64,000 nt of DNA, taken from the NCBI GenBank assembly GCA_963836085.1, contig CAWIHT010000012.1, positions 6,527 to 70,526 of the forward strand. The letters are read 5' to 3'. Shown in pieces: positions 1 to 10,355 of this stretch (its first letter is position 1; each line of letters starts with the position of its first letter). The notes beneath the pieces were generated by a model, which was given only the letters and a program-made list of their open reading frames with translations, made no database searches and was not told the origin of the DNA. Position numbers and translations under genes: made by a program. This stretch comes from an uncultured Actinomycetota bacterium (GTDB lineage: Bacteria > Actinomycetota > Acidimicrobiia > Spongiisociales > UBA5794).

Positions 1-2
1 AG

Positions 3-257
3 GGAACGGTCTATGCGTCGTGTGAACCGTGTCCGATGTGTGTGGGGTCCATGTTCTGGGCCGGGGTCCGCCGGGTGACCTACGGACTCTCGGCGGTTCA
101 CCTCATGGATCTCGCGGTCGCTCCGGGGCATGAATCCATGGGTTTTGCACTCACGGCGCACACGCTCGGCGCTGCCGCCACACCGCCGATGCGGTTCGAC
201 GGACCCCACCGCGAGGATGAGGCGGCAACTCCCCACATCGGCTTCTGGATTCCCTGA
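3..257 (+). CDS. Nucleoside deaminase (cytidine/guanine deaminase-like zinc family), 5'-truncated by window edge
   Basis: Frame from position 3 reads GTVYASCEPCPMCVGSMFWAG, the EPCxxC zinc motif of CDA-like deaminases. Confidence 0.8.
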   Translation, partial: GTVYASCEPCPMCVGSMFWAGVRRVTYGLSAVHLMDLAVAPGHESMGFALTAHTLGAAATPPMRFDGPHREDEAATPHIGFWIP

Positions 258-331
258 CCGGCCTCCGGGTGAGAACGGCCGTTGAGACCATTACCATTCT
301 GACAGCGTCGCAACAACGAAGGAGTAGAGGC

Positions 332-601
332 ATGGGCATCATCTGGATGATCGTCACAGGACTCATCATGGGCCTCATCCTCGGGCCGCTCGCTCGCCTG
401 ATCATCCCGGGAAAGCAGGACATCTCGCTCCTCGGAACAATCCTCGTTGGCGCCGGCGCCGCCATCATTGGCGGGATCGTTGCCGGATGGCTGGGTGTTG
501 GAGAAACCTCCGGTCCCGACTGGATCAAGTTCTTCATCCAACTCGCTCTTGCGGTGTTCGGGATCCTCGGCTTCGCGACGGCATCCGACAGCAAGTCGTA
601 G
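332..601 (+). CDS. GlsB/YeaQ/YmgE (transglycosylase-associated) small membrane protein
   Basis: RBS AAGGAG before ATG 332; three TM helices; G.LARLIIPGKQ motif. Confidence 0.8.
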   Translation: MGIIWMIVTGLIMGLILGPLARLIIPGKQDISLLGTILVGAGAAIIGGIVAGWLGVGETSGPDWIKFFIQLALAVFGILGFATASDSKS

Positions 602-663
602 GAACTCGACCGGTCGATATCGATCGGCTCGATCGCTGCGCTCTGAACGGGTTGAATAGACCC

Positions 664-1671
664 ATGGATATCGCATCGTTCGTCCGCGCCCTACCCAAGG
701 CCGAACTCCACCTCCACATCGAAGGCACCCTCGAACCGGAGATGATGTTCGAGTTCGCCAGCCGCAACGACATCAACCTGCCATTTGCGGATGTCGAGGA
801 GGTCCGCGCCGCCTATGAGTTCTCCAACCTGCAGTCGTTTCTCGATATCTACTACCAGGGAGCGGCGGTGTTGGTCGCGGAGCAGGACTTCTACGACCTG
901 ATGTTCGCCTACCTCGAGCGTGCAGTTGCCGATGGTGTCCGACGTGCCGAGATCTTCTTCGATCCGCAGACCCACACCGAGAGAGGCGTCGACTTCTCGG
1001 TGTTCATGGACGGGTTCACGCGCGCCATCGAGGCGGGTCGCCGGCAGTGGGGGATTTCGGCGGCGCTGATCATGTGCTTCCTTCGCCATCTCCCGGGTGA
1101 GGCAGCGGTCGTCACATGGGAAGAAGCCGAGCCCTACGTCGACCAGGTCATCGCTGTCGGACTCGATTCGGGCGAGGTTGGCAATCCACCCGAGCGGTTT
1201 GCGGAGGCATATCAACTCGCGCGAGACGCCGGCCTTCACGCCGTCGCCCATGCCGGGGAGGAGGGTCCGCCCGCCTACATCATCGGAGCGCTCGACACAC
1301 TCGGCGCCGAGCGCATCGACCACGGGGTCCGCTGCACCGATGACCCGGAACTCGTAGCGCGCCTCGCCAACGAGCAGATTCCGCTGACGATGTGCCCGCT
1401 TTCGAACTTGAAGCTCCGGGTGTTCAACCAACTCGCCGACCACAATCTGAAGGACCTCCTCGACCAGGGCGTCCTCGTGACCGTGAACTCCGATGACCCC
1501 GCCTACTTCGGCGGCTACGTGCTCGACAACTACATCGCGATCGCCGCGGCCCTCGACCTGAGTCGCGACGACCTCGTGACCCTCGCCCGGAACTCGCTCA
1601 AAGCGACGTTCCTCACGGACGGCGAGAAGTCGGCGCTCCTTGCCGAACTCGCGTCGGTGGCCGCCGGCTGA
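664..1671 (+). CDS. add: Adenosine/adenine deaminase (amidohydrolase)
   Basis: PKAELHLHIEGTLEP, AHAGEEG, ERIDHG and TVNSDDPAYFGG motifs; F.NLQSFLDIYY suggests the adenine-deaminase subgroup. Confidence 0.9.
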   Translation: MDIASFVRALPKAELHLHIEGTLEPEMMFEFASRNDINLPFADVEEVRAAYEFSNLQSFLDIYYQGAAVLVAEQDFYDLMFAYLERAVADGVRRAEIFFDPQTHTERGVDFSVFMDGFTRAIEAGRRQWGISAALIMCFLRHLPGEAAVVTWEEAEPYVDQVIAVGLDSGEVGNPPERFAEAYQLARDAGLHAVAHAGEEGPPAYIIGALDTLGAERIDHGVRCTDDPELVARLANEQIPLTMCPLSNLKLRVFNQLADHNLKDLLDQGVLVTVNSDDPAYFGGYVLDNYIAIAAALDLSRDDLVTLARNSLKATFLTDGEKSALLAELASVAAG

Positions 1672-1794
1672 TCACTCGTGTCGCTCGCATGCAGGTTCCG
1701 TGCTGGCTTGATGCTCGGTGATCCGGCGCCGCCGGCGTTGCCAACGACGGGCCGCGGACTTGCGCTCAATTCGCGAGCGCCCGAGACTCGTGGC

Positions 1795-3228
1795 ATGGAA
1801 CGCTTCACCCACCGCCGAGACCAGTTCGCTGCAGCCATCGAGGGCGGCATCGCCGTTGTGCCCGCCGCCATCGAAGTCACCCGCAACGATGACGTCACGT
1901 TCGAGTTCAGACAGTCGTCGGATTTCTTCTTCCTCACCGGCTTCGACGAGCCGGACGCAATTGCGCTGTTCGATCCCGGCCATGACAAGCCGTACGTCTT
2001 GTTCGTCCGTCCCCGCGACCCGGAGATGGAGGCTTGGAACGGGCGACGGGCCGGGGTCGATGGCGCTAAGGCCGACTTCGGTGCCGACGCCGCCTATCCC
2101 ATCTCGGACTTCGAGAAGGTTCTACGCAACCGACTCAGGGGTCGAGACACTTTGTGGTACGACATTGGCTCCCCGATCGATGGTCGCGTCCTTGGAGCTC
2201 TCAAGCAGGCACGCGGCCTGCGAACGCGAACCGGCATCACCGTTCCATCATCGATCAATGATCCATCGACAATCCTCGACGAACTGCGGCTCATCAAGTC
2301 AACCGAGGAGATCGCGGCCCTGCGCTCGGCCTGCCGCATCTCGGCTGCGGGCCACTCGGAAGCGATCCGCTTTGCCGCCCCCGGTCGCGCAGAGCACGAC
2401 GTTCAAGCGGCCATGGAGTATGTGTTCCGGTCGTGTGGAGCCGTGCGAGAGGGCTACCCGTCGATCGTCGCATCCGGCGACAACGCCTGCATCCTTCACT
2501 ACACCGAAAACAACCGTCTGATGGAGGACGGCGACCTCCTGTTGATCGATGCCGCCGCCGAGATCGGGTACCTGGCTGCGGATATCACAAGGACGTTCCC
2601 GGTGAACGGCCGTTTCACAGCACCACAACGGGCGGTCTACGATGTCGTCCTCGCCGCACAGGAAGCTGTGATCGATGCCTGTCGGCCAGGGTTGCCATTC
2701 ACCGACATGCACGACATCGCCGTCCGAGTCCTCACCAAAGGGATGGTCGACCTCGGTCTGCTGCCCGGACCGGTCGAAGATGCGATCGCCTATGGCTGGT
2801 ACCGGGAGTTCTACTTCCATGGCACCGGCCACTGGCTCGGGATGGACGTCCACGACTCTGGGGCCTATCGGGTCAACGGTGTCGGACGGCCACTCGCAGC
2901 GGGGATGGCATTCACCGTCGAACCGGGAATCTACGTGGCCCGGGAGAAGCACACGCTCACCCTCCCGAAGGTTCCGTTCGACGTGGACGCCGAGCGAGAC
3001 CTCACCTACGAGGTGGGAGGAGCCGAAGCGAAGAGCATCATCGACGGTCGCAAGGCGGACGCCGAGACCGTGAACCATCCGGTTCCCGAGGAGTTCCTCG
3101 GGATCGGTGTGCGGATCGAGGACGACCTTCTCGTCACCGAGACGGGTTGCGAGAACCTCACGAGGGACGTGCCGGTCGATCCCGATGAAATCGAGGCGCT
3201 CTGGCGGATATCGCGAAGCACCACGTAG
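1795..3228 (+). CDS. pepP: Xaa-Pro aminopeptidase (M24B)
   Basis: FRQSSDFFFLTG N-domain; DITRTFP, HGTGHWLGMDVHD, TVEPGIY and GVRIEDDLLVT metal motifs. Confidence 0.9.
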   Translation: MERFTHRRDQFAAAIEGGIAVVPAAIEVTRNDDVTFEFRQSSDFFFLTGFDEPDAIALFDPGHDKPYVLFVRPRDPEMEAWNGRRAGVDGAKADFGADAAYPISDFEKVLRNRLRGRDTLWYDIGSPIDGRVLGALKQARGLRTRTGITVPSSINDPSTILDELRLIKSTEEIAALRSACRISAAGHSEAIRFAAPGRAEHDVQAAMEYVFRSCGAVREGYPSIVASGDNACILHYTENNRLMEDGDLLLIDAAAEIGYLAADITRTFPVNGRFTAPQRAVYDVVLAAQEAVIDACRPGLPFTDMHDIAVRVLTKGMVDLGLLPGPVEDAIAYGWYREFYFHGTGHWLGMDVHDSGAYRVNGVGRPLAAGMAFTVEPGIYVAREKHTLTLPKVPFDVDAERDLTYEVGGAEAKSIIDGRKADAETVNHPVPEEFLGIGVRIEDDLLVTETGCENLTRDVPVDPDEIEALWRISRSTT

Positions 3229-3269
3229 CGGTCGGGAGACCAGGCAAGGACAGCAGGAGCGCTTCGGCG

Positions 3270-6200
3270 CTACGAACCCTTGAGCGACTGTCGGAACGAT
3301 TCGAGCGAGCGGACCACATTGGCTGCGTCGTCGCCGATGCGCGGGAGCTTGGCCGAGTTGCGCTCGTAGCGACTCGCCTGCACTTCCTCTTCCTCCTCGG
3401 TCGAATCCTCGTCGACCTTGGCGGCCGGCGCGAAGTCTGCGAAGTCGTCCTCAACCGTCTCAGGCGACTCGGCCTCGGCCTCGGTCTCGGTCTCGGCCCC
3501 GTAGACCGGCGTCGGCTGGTCGGGAGCCTCGTCCGGCCACACCACGCGGCGTGGCTCTTCGGCCTCCTCGACAGCCGGCGCCGCCTTCGCCGCTGCGAAC
3601 TGTGCTGTCTCGAGCCGCTCTTCGGCAAGCCGGGCACGTTCCTGTTCGATGCGGGCAGCCTGCGCTTCGATCTCACCCTGTCGCCGGTCGGCATCGGCCA
3701 TCACCGACTCCGCAGCTCGTTTCGCATCAGCGATGATCTGCTCCGCCTGAGCGGCTGCTTCTGCGGCGATCTGTTCGGCTCGCTCATTCGCTGCGCGGAG
3801 TGCCTGTTCGGCTTCTTCGCTCACGCTGGCGACTGAGTCCATGGTGACGCCGGCCGCATCCAAGGCGGCGGCCCGCTCGGCCAATTCGACGTCCCAGCGC
3901 TCAATCTCGGCGAGCCGAGAGCGCAGCCCGTCCTCGGCGGCATCCTGCTCGGCAGCACGCCGATTCAGTTCATCGCGTCGACCGGCCAATTCGGCTCGCA
4001 TCTGCTCGACCTCGTGGATCGTGCCCTCGTGCTCGGCCCTTGTGTTCTCGAGTTCGGCTACTTCGGCGAGCAGCCGTTCAATCTCTGCTCTGGCGGCTGT
4101 CGCCTCTCCCTCAGCCGCAGCTCGAATACCGACGGCCTCGCGCTGGGCCTGTTCGACGATCTCGAAGCCCTGACGCTCTGCGTCCGACAGGTCGGATGCC
4201 TGCATGCGGGCCGCGGTGAGGACCCGGTCGGCTTCGTCACGCAACGAGTTCGCCTCGTTGCGAATGCGATTGGCTTCGGCCTCGGCGTTGGCAACCAACT
4301 GCAAGGCGTCCCGCCTCTGAACTTCGGACTCTTGGAGGATGCGTGCGACTTCCTTCTCGCGCTCATCGGCTTCCTGGGTCCGCGCAGTGGCCTCCGAGAG
4401 AACCTGCGCCGCCCGGCCCTCCGCGTCGGCGAGCTTCTCGGATACCTCGGCTTCCACGCCAGCGATGATCTCTGTGGCCTGTCCTTCGGCGTCCTGGATG
4501 ATCTTGAGCTGCTCTTCGTACTCGTGGCGGACAGTGGCGGCCTTCTCCCGCATCCTCGCGACATCGTCGCGGGCTCCTGCAGTCATCGCTTCGACCGAAT
4601 CACGTGTCTCGGTCAGAAGCTGCTCAGCCTCAGACCTCATCTGCTGTGCGTACTCCTCGGCCGCGGCGATGGCGGCCTGAGCGTCGACGTGAACGGCTTC
4701 GGCGATCTCCTCTGCTTTGCGAACGATTGCTGCGCCGGTCTCTTCTGCCTCGTGGTGGACTCTGGCGGACTTCTCCATCGCATCATGGAGTTGGCGCTCA
4801 GCTTCATCACGAGCGGTGGAAAGGAATCCTTCAGCTTCGGCCGCGACCCGACCTGCTTCCTCGCGAACCCGCTCGGCCTCTGCCGTGACTTCGCCGGCGG
4901 ATCGTTCTGCATCGGTCCTGACGCGCTCAGCTTCCTCAGTCGCCTCGCGCAACCTGCGCTCGATCTCCTCGCGAGCACCAGAGCGGATCTGGTCGGCTTC
5001 GGTGGTAGCTTCACCTCGAAGTCGCTCGGCCTCCTCGAAGGCTGCAATGACTGCTTCTTCGGCCTGGCGGGCGATTTCGTCGACCGACGCGATGCGTTCC
5101 TCGGCTCTGACCTCGGCGGCGGCGAGAATCGCATGCTGCTCCTTGGCGGCCTCCCACGACATCTCGGCGTCGGCAAGGATCTGCAAGGCCTGCTGCTGTT
5201 CGGTCTCGGCCTCGACATATCGTGCTTCGATCCGGCGGAAGGCCCCATCAAACAGGTCAGCCGCTTCGGTGTCGGCTCGGGTCAGCGTCGCTGAGGCGTA
5301 CTCCTCAGCCTCAGCCCTGATCGAGTCGGCCTCGCTACGGAGGATCTGTGCGGTCTTCTCAGCTTCTCGCCGGGTCCGATCAGCGTCGTCCTTGACCTCA
5401 ACCGCTTCGTCGCGTGCCGCGGAGCGAACTGATTCCGCTTCCTCATGCAGCCGACGGGCGTCGGCGATGATCTCTTCGGCCTGTGCTTCCGCGGAATGAC
5501 GGGCCCGCTCGGCTTCGTCGCGCATGGTTCGAGCGTCGCGTTTTGCCTCTTCGATGACGGAGGCGGATTCGCTCTCGGCGTCGGTCTTGATCCGGTCCGC
5601 TTCTTCGCGGATCGCCGCTGCCTCGTCCTCGAACCTAGTTGCCTCGGCGCGCAGCTGGTCCACGCGTGCCTGCGCTTCGGCGAGTGCGGCGCCGGTCCGT
5701 TCTTCGGCGGCGACGACCTCTGCGAGACGGTGATCGAGTTCAGCCTTCTGGTCCTCGAACTCTGCGATCTGCTGTGCTGCGAGTGCTGCTGCGGCTTCCT
5801 GAGACTCCTTGATCTCGGAATCCACGCGAGCGCGGCGCTCTTCTGCCGCACTGATCATCTCTTGTGCTGCAGCCTCGGCGCTCGCCTGCGTTTCGGCACT
5901 CTCGGCGAGAGCAGAAGCAAGGATCTCCTGGGCTTCGGCCTCGAGCCGTGCGGCGTCTTCCTCGGCCGCCTCGCGGATTTGGGCGCCACGCTCATCGAAC
6001 CCCGTCAGGATCGACTGCATGCGCTCTTCGGCATCAGCGATCAGTTCCCTGGCGTCGCGTTGGGCCGCCGACACCTTCCGTGCAGCTTCGAGCCGGTCCT
6101 GATCGGCCTGGTCACGTGTCCGTGCCGCGGCCTGTTTGATGGCCCGTGCCGATTCCTCCGACCGGTCCAACACGCCCTGGGCACGCTCGCGTGCCGCGGC

Positions 6201-7505
6201 TTCGATACTTGCAGCCCGCTCAACGCCGGTGAGAGATTCTTCGTCGAGCAACGCGATCCGGGCTTCGAGATCGCGTTGGAGTTCAACCACCTGCTCGGCT
6301 TCTCGTTCGGCACGCATCAACAGCGCTTCGGCCTTCTCGCGGGCATCCTCGCGGATGTGCTCCGCCTCTTGCTCGGCGCGGGCAAGGACCTCGTCGGCCG
6401 TCTCGCCGGGACTCGCCACAACGGTGACTTCTGAGGCAGCTGCGGTTGCCTCGGCGATGATCGCCTCGGCTTGCGCTGCTGCGTTGCTCGCGGCTTCTGC
6501 GAGGATCACACTGGCTCGGTCGCGAGCAGCCCCGACAATCTCTGTCGCTTCAGACTCGCGTTCGGCACGGAGGCTCTCCACCTCGGCCAGCATGGCTGCA
6601 CGCTCGGATTCGAGTTCCCGAACCCGGTCGTCGAATTCGGCAGCCCGAGCTTCGAGATCGGCACCCGTCGCATCTGCGGCGGCAACGATTGCTTCGGCAC
6701 GCTCCTGCGCCTCGGCGAGGATGCGTTCGGCTGCCTCTGCTGCCTCGGCTTCGCGGTTCGAGTCGGGGGCCACGGCTGCTGCCAGCTCTTCCGAGAGGCG
6801 CTGCACATCGGCCGTCAGCCGGTCACGATCAGCTTCCAGCTCAGCGATGCGAGCCTGCTCGCTCTCGCGCTCAGCTGCGAGCAGTTGTTCTGCTTCGAGT
6901 TGGGCGACGGCAATGATCTCTTCGGCCTGCCGCTGCGCCTCTTCAACGAGCGCTGACCCGTCAACAGCATTCTGGCTGGTCTCAGCGATCAGCCGCTCGC
7001 GATCAGCCTCGAGTTCGGCAATGCGTTCTTTGTCGGCCGTTCGCTCGTGAGCGAACAGCTTTTCGGCTTCGACCTTGGCGGCCGCAACGAGTTCGTCGGC
7101 TTGCCGCTGCGCCTGTTCGATGATGGCGTCTGCGTTGGCGTCCGGGGTGGTCGTCTTGGCGCGTTGTTCGGCGTCCCGCTCGATAGCAGCGGCTCGATCT
7201 CGCGCCTCGGACTCGATCTTCGCTGCCTGTTTCCGGGCGCGGCTGAGCACGCGGTCCTTCGCGTCGAACACCGCGACCATGGCGCTGTCGACGGACTGAC
7301 CTTCCGACGATCGGGTCTTCTCCGCTTCAAACTCTGCCTTCTGCAGCCGGGTCTTCGTCTCCTGGGCCCAGTGTTCGAGCTCGCGGAAGTTCGACTCCAG
7401 TTCGCGGAGGAAATCTTTGACTTCACGCTTGTCGTAGCCCTTGCGGGTTGTCGAGAACTCGCGTGTGTCAATGGACTCTGGGAGGTTGGGGGCTTTCTCG
7501 CTCAC
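3270..7505 (-). CDS. DivIVA-domain protein with ~1300-aa Ala/Glu/Arg-rich coiled coil (Scy-like scaffold)
   Basis: N-terminal IDTREFSTTRKGYDKREVKDFL DivIVA signature; extended AE..A..I repeats; GTG start inferred at 7505. Confidence 0.75.
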   Translation of the reverse strand: MSEKAPNLPESIDTREFSTTRKGYDKREVKDFLRELESNFRELEHWAQETKTRLQKAEFEAEKTRSSEGQSVDSAMVAVFDAKDRVLSRARKQAAKIESEARDRAAAIERDAEQRAKTTTPDANADAIIEQAQRQADELVAAAKVEAEKLFAHERTADKERIAELEADRERLIAETSQNAVDGSALVEEAQRQAEEIIAVAQLEAEQLLAAERESEQARIAELEADRDRLTADVQRLSEELAAAVAPDSNREAEAAEAAERILAEAQERAEAIVAAADATGADLEARAAEFDDRVRELESERAAMLAEVESLRAERESEATEIVGAARDRASVILAEAASNAAAQAEAIIAEATAAASEVTVVASPGETADEVLARAEQEAEHIREDAREKAEALLMRAEREAEQVVELQRDLEARIALLDEESLTGVERAASIEAAARERAQGVLDRSEESARAIKQAAARTRDQADQDRLEAARKVSAAQRDARELIADAEERMQSILTGFDERGAQIREAAEEDAARLEAEAQEILASALAESAETQASAEAAAQEMISAAEERRARVDSEIKESQEAAAALAAQQIAEFEDQKAELDHRLAEVVAAEERTGAALAEAQARVDQLRAEATRFEDEAAAIREEADRIKTDAESESASVIEEAKRDARTMRDEAERARHSAEAQAEEIIADARRLHEEAESVRSAARDEAVEVKDDADRTRREAEKTAQILRSEADSIRAEAEEYASATLTRADTEAADLFDGAFRRIEARYVEAETEQQQALQILADAEMSWEAAKEQHAILAAAEVRAEERIASVDEIARQAEEAVIAAFEEAERLRGEATTEADQIRSGAREEIERRLREATEEAERVRTDAERSAGEVTAEAERVREEAGRVAAEAEGFLSTARDEAERQLHDAMEKSARVHHEAEETGAAIVRKAEEIAEAVHVDAQAAIAAAEEYAQQMRSEAEQLLTETRDSVEAMTAGARDDVARMREKAATVRHEYEEQLKIIQDAEGQATEIIAGVEAEVSEKLADAEGRAAQVLSEATARTQEADEREKEVARILQESEVQRRDALQLVANAEAEANRIRNEANSLRDEADRVLTAARMQASDLSDAERQGFEIVEQAQREAVGIRAAAEGEATAARAEIERLLAEVAELENTRAEHEGTIHEVEQMRAELAGRRDELNRRAAEQDAAEDGLRSRLAEIERWDVELAERAAALDAAGVTMDSVASVSEEAEQALRAANERAEQIAAEAAAQAEQIIADAKRAAESVMADADRRQGEIEAQAARIEQERARLAEERLETAQFAAAKAAPAVEEAEEPRRVVWPDEAPDQPTPVYGAETETEAEAESPETVEDDFADFAPAAKVDEDSTEEEEEVQASRYERNSAKLPRIGDDAANVVRSLESFRQSLKGS

Positions 7506-7638
7506 GTGCGTTCTATCGGCCGCACGTGCACCCACCTTGATGCGCAAACTAGTCAGTGCCGAAGGGACCAGTCACCGGCCCTGCGCGCGCGAGTGGGGCG
7601 ACCCGAGGGCCGCCCCACTCGATCAGTCAATCGATCGC

Positions 7639-9165
7639 CTAGATGGCGTTGACGATGCTCTCGTCGAGGCCGGGGAAGCTCCTGAGGAACTCCTTGCGCT
7701 CGGTGTCGAGTTGGTTCACGATCGCGTTGTACTCGTCCATCCGGCCCTGGCGCTCGTAGAGGCGCCGCGGCTGGAGGATCTCCGGGTCGGGGAACCCGGG
7801 CAGATCGGCCGCGACGAAGTAGCCGAAGTCCGGATCCTCTTCCCACTCGATCGCGCCTTCGACGATGCCCTGGACCACGGCGGACGAATGCCTGATCTTG
7901 ACTTTCTTCGAACGCTCGTCGCTGTCCTCGCCGCCGACCCTGCCGGTCGACATGAGGTACACCTCGAGGTCCGGCATGGTCTCGAGCAGTTCGAGGAGCC
8001 GCTTGCCCTGCATCGCGTCGTTGGTGAAGAAGAACGGGTTGGTCCCGGGAACCCTCAGACTCTTCCCCATCTCGGCGGCACCACCGGCCGACGTACCCTT
8101 CGTCTCACCCAGCATGAAGTACGCCGCCGCCTGCTCTCGCTTGAGCTTCGCCACCGCTGGGATGATGTTCTCGTTGCGGTTGAGCAACAACAGGTAGTTG
8201 ACGGGCGGGAGGCCACTCGGATTGCGATGCCGGATATTCGCCAGCGGGAACGTGGAACGTCCGTTGGCGGTGTACGAGTCGTCGAAGAAGTCGACCTTCC
8301 CGTCCGGATCGGTGTGGGTGTTCTCGAGCCAAGCGTCCGGACGGGTGGTCCCGCCGTAGATCGTCGGCTCGTCGTCCTCGTCGAGTCCGAATGTCTTTGC
8401 AAAACATCCGTTCTCGGACGAGTACACCTTGCCGCCGGGGAACAGGGCGACGAAGTCGTCCTGAACCGGAAGCGAACCGAGCTGCCGGCGGAAGGTCGTC
8501 GTCGTCTTCCCGGTGCCCGAGAGGCCCAGGATCAGAGCGACCTTCTCTTCTCCGTCGACGTCCGGGAACGTCTTCAGACCAGAGTGAAGAGCCAGACCGC
8601 CGACCTGGTAGACGAGGAAGTTCCACATGCGGAGGCCGCCCATCTTCGACTCACCAAAGTAGTCGGAACCAAACACACGAGTGACGTAGTTCTCGTGGTC
8701 GACCGCGATGAGTCGGTCATCCGACTTGCCGGGTGCTGGGAGGCCCGGCGTGTAGATGACCGTGAACTCTGGCACATATGCATCGTCCTTGGGGAAGAAC
8801 AGCTGCTGCTGCATCGCAGGAATGTTCGCCGACGTTTTCTCCATGTAGAGACGACTCGCGGTCCGGAACTCCGGATCGGGGCCGATGTAGCCCTCGATCA
8901 GGATCATGTCCTTGTCCGCGATGTATGCGTCCTGCTTGGCAGCCCACTCGTCGTACTCGGCGCGGCTCATTGCCGGCTTGAAGGTCTCGTCGTCGTCGAC
9001 GAAGAACGTCGACTTCGAGAGGCGAGCCGTGATCTCAGCCTTGTAGCTGAGGTTCCCGAACTCGGTCTCGATGATGCGTGGCATGTACTCGAGGGTCCAT
9101 GCCCGCATCTCTTCCTGCGTCGGATTCTTCGCGACCGACGCCGCGTGCGGCAGCCTGATAGCCAT
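7639..9165 (-). CDS. pckA: Phosphoenolpyruvate carboxykinase (ATP)
   Basis: YFGESK, LHSG, GLSGTGKTT P-loop, QDD, ENGCFAKT and NGRSTFP motifs. Confidence 0.85.
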   Translation of the reverse strand: MAIRLPHAASVAKNPTQEEMRAWTLEYMPRIIETEFGNLSYKAEITARLSKSTFFVDDDETFKPAMSRAEYDEWAAKQDAYIADKDMILIEGYIGPDPEFRTASRLYMEKTSANIPAMQQQLFFPKDDAYVPEFTVIYTPGLPAPGKSDDRLIAVDHENYVTRVFGSDYFGESKMGGLRMWNFLVYQVGGLALHSGLKTFPDVDGEEKVALILGLSGTGKTTTTFRRQLGSLPVQDDFVALFPGGKVYSSENGCFAKTFGLDEDDEPTIYGGTTRPDAWLENTHTDPDGKVDFFDDSYTANGRSTFPLANIRHRNPSGLPPVNYLLLLNRNENIIPAVAKLKREQAAAYFMLGETKGTSAGGAAEMGKSLRVPGTNPFFFTNDAMQGKRLLELLETMPDLEVYLMSTGRVGGEDSDERSKKVKIRHSSAVVQGIVEGAIEWEEDPDFGYFVAADLPGFPDPEILQPRRLYERQGRMDEYNAIVNQLDTERKEFLRSFPGLDESIVNAI

Positions 9166-9204
9166 TCGTCGTCCTCCCTGGGATGTGTTGTTCGGCGCCT
9201 TCCC

Positions 9205-10254
9205 CTAGGCGACCGTGATGCTCTCGTCCAGGTAGACATCCTGAATGGCATTGAGCAACGCTGCACCTTCAGCCATCGGACGCTGGAAGGCCTTGCGGCC
9301 CGAGATGAGCCCCATGCCGCCTGCACGCTTGTTGATCACGGCCGTCAAGACCGCTTGCTCGAGGTCGCCTGCGCCCGAGGACGCGCCACCGCTGTTGATC
9401 AGCCCGGCGCGGCCCATGTAGCTGTTGACAACCTGCCAGCGGGTGAGGTCGATCGGGTTGTCGGACGTCAGTTCCTCGTAGACAAGAGGATGCGTCTTCC
9501 CATACCCGACGGCCCCATAGCCGTTGTTGTTCTCCGGAAGCTTCTGCTTGATGATGTCAGCCTCGATCGTCACACCGAGGTGGTTGGCCTGGCTGGTGAG
9601 GTCGGAGGATGCCTCGTAGGAGACGCCGTCGACCGTGAAGCCCGAGTTACGGATGTAGCACCAGAGGACGGTGAACATGCCGAGGGCGTGGGCCTCTTCG
9701 AACGCCGCTGCGACCTCTTGGATCTGGCGGTTCGAGTCTTCGGAACCGAAGTAGATGGTGGCGCCGACACCCGCAGCACCGAGATTCCATGCCTGCTCTA
9801 CCGAGCCGAACATGATCTGGTCGTACGTGGCGGGGTACGTCATCAACTCGTTGTGGTTGATCTTCACGATGAACGGGATCTTGTGCGCGTACTTGCGCGA
9901 CGCCATGCCGAGCACACCGAACGTGGTCGCGACGGCGTTCGTGCCGCCGGCGAGGGCGAGTTCGATGATGTTTACCGGGTCGAAGTACGCGGGGTTCGGA
10001 GCGAACGACGCGGCACCGGAGTGCTCGATTCCCTGATCGACAGGGAGGATCGACACGTAGCCGGTTCCGGCCAGGCGGCCGTTGTTGAACAGGGCCTGGA
10101 GGTTGCGGAGAACCTGCGGGTTCCGGTCGGTCTGACCGAAGACGCGGTCGACGAAGTCGGGTCCGGGAAGAGACAGGGTCTCTTTCGGAATGCCGGTCGC
10201 CTTGTAGTTGAGCAGGGCGTCGGCTTCGGCGCCGAGCAGTTGCTGGATGTCCAT
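9205..10254 (-). CDS. fbaB: Class I (DhnA/FbaB-type) fructose-bisphosphate aldolase
   Basis: [20 protein letters not shown] Schiff-base Lys, [22 protein letters not shown]; RBS AAGGAG. Confidence 0.92.
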   Translation of the reverse strand: MDIQQLLGAEADALLNYKATGIPKETLSLPGPDFVDRVFGQTDRNPQVLRNLQALFNNGRLAGTGYVSILPVDQGIEHSGAASFAPNPAYFDPVNIIELALAGGTNAVATTFGVLGMASRKYAHKIPFIVKINHNELMTYPATYDQIMFGSVEQAWNLGAAGVGATIYFGSEDSNRQIQEVAAAFEEAHALGMFTVLWCYIRNSGFTVDGVSYEASSDLTSQANHLGVTIEADIIKQKLPENNNGYGAVGYGKTHPLVYEELTSDNPIDLTRWQVVNSYMGRAGLINSGGASSGAGDLEQAVLTAVINKRAGGMGLISGRKAFQRPMAEGAALLNAIQDVYLDESITVA

Positions 10255-10355
10255 TGAGACTCCTTGCGAGGGGGGTGTCCTGTTGATTATCGCCGAACCC
10301 GTGCACTGACGTGAATTTCCTCCACCCACACGCCGCGAATCCAGGGGTCGCGGCG

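Noticed and set aside
7441-10257. 938-aa plus-strand ORF
   Set aside because: Antisense shadow of pckA and fbaB caused by high-GC codon bias; no motifs
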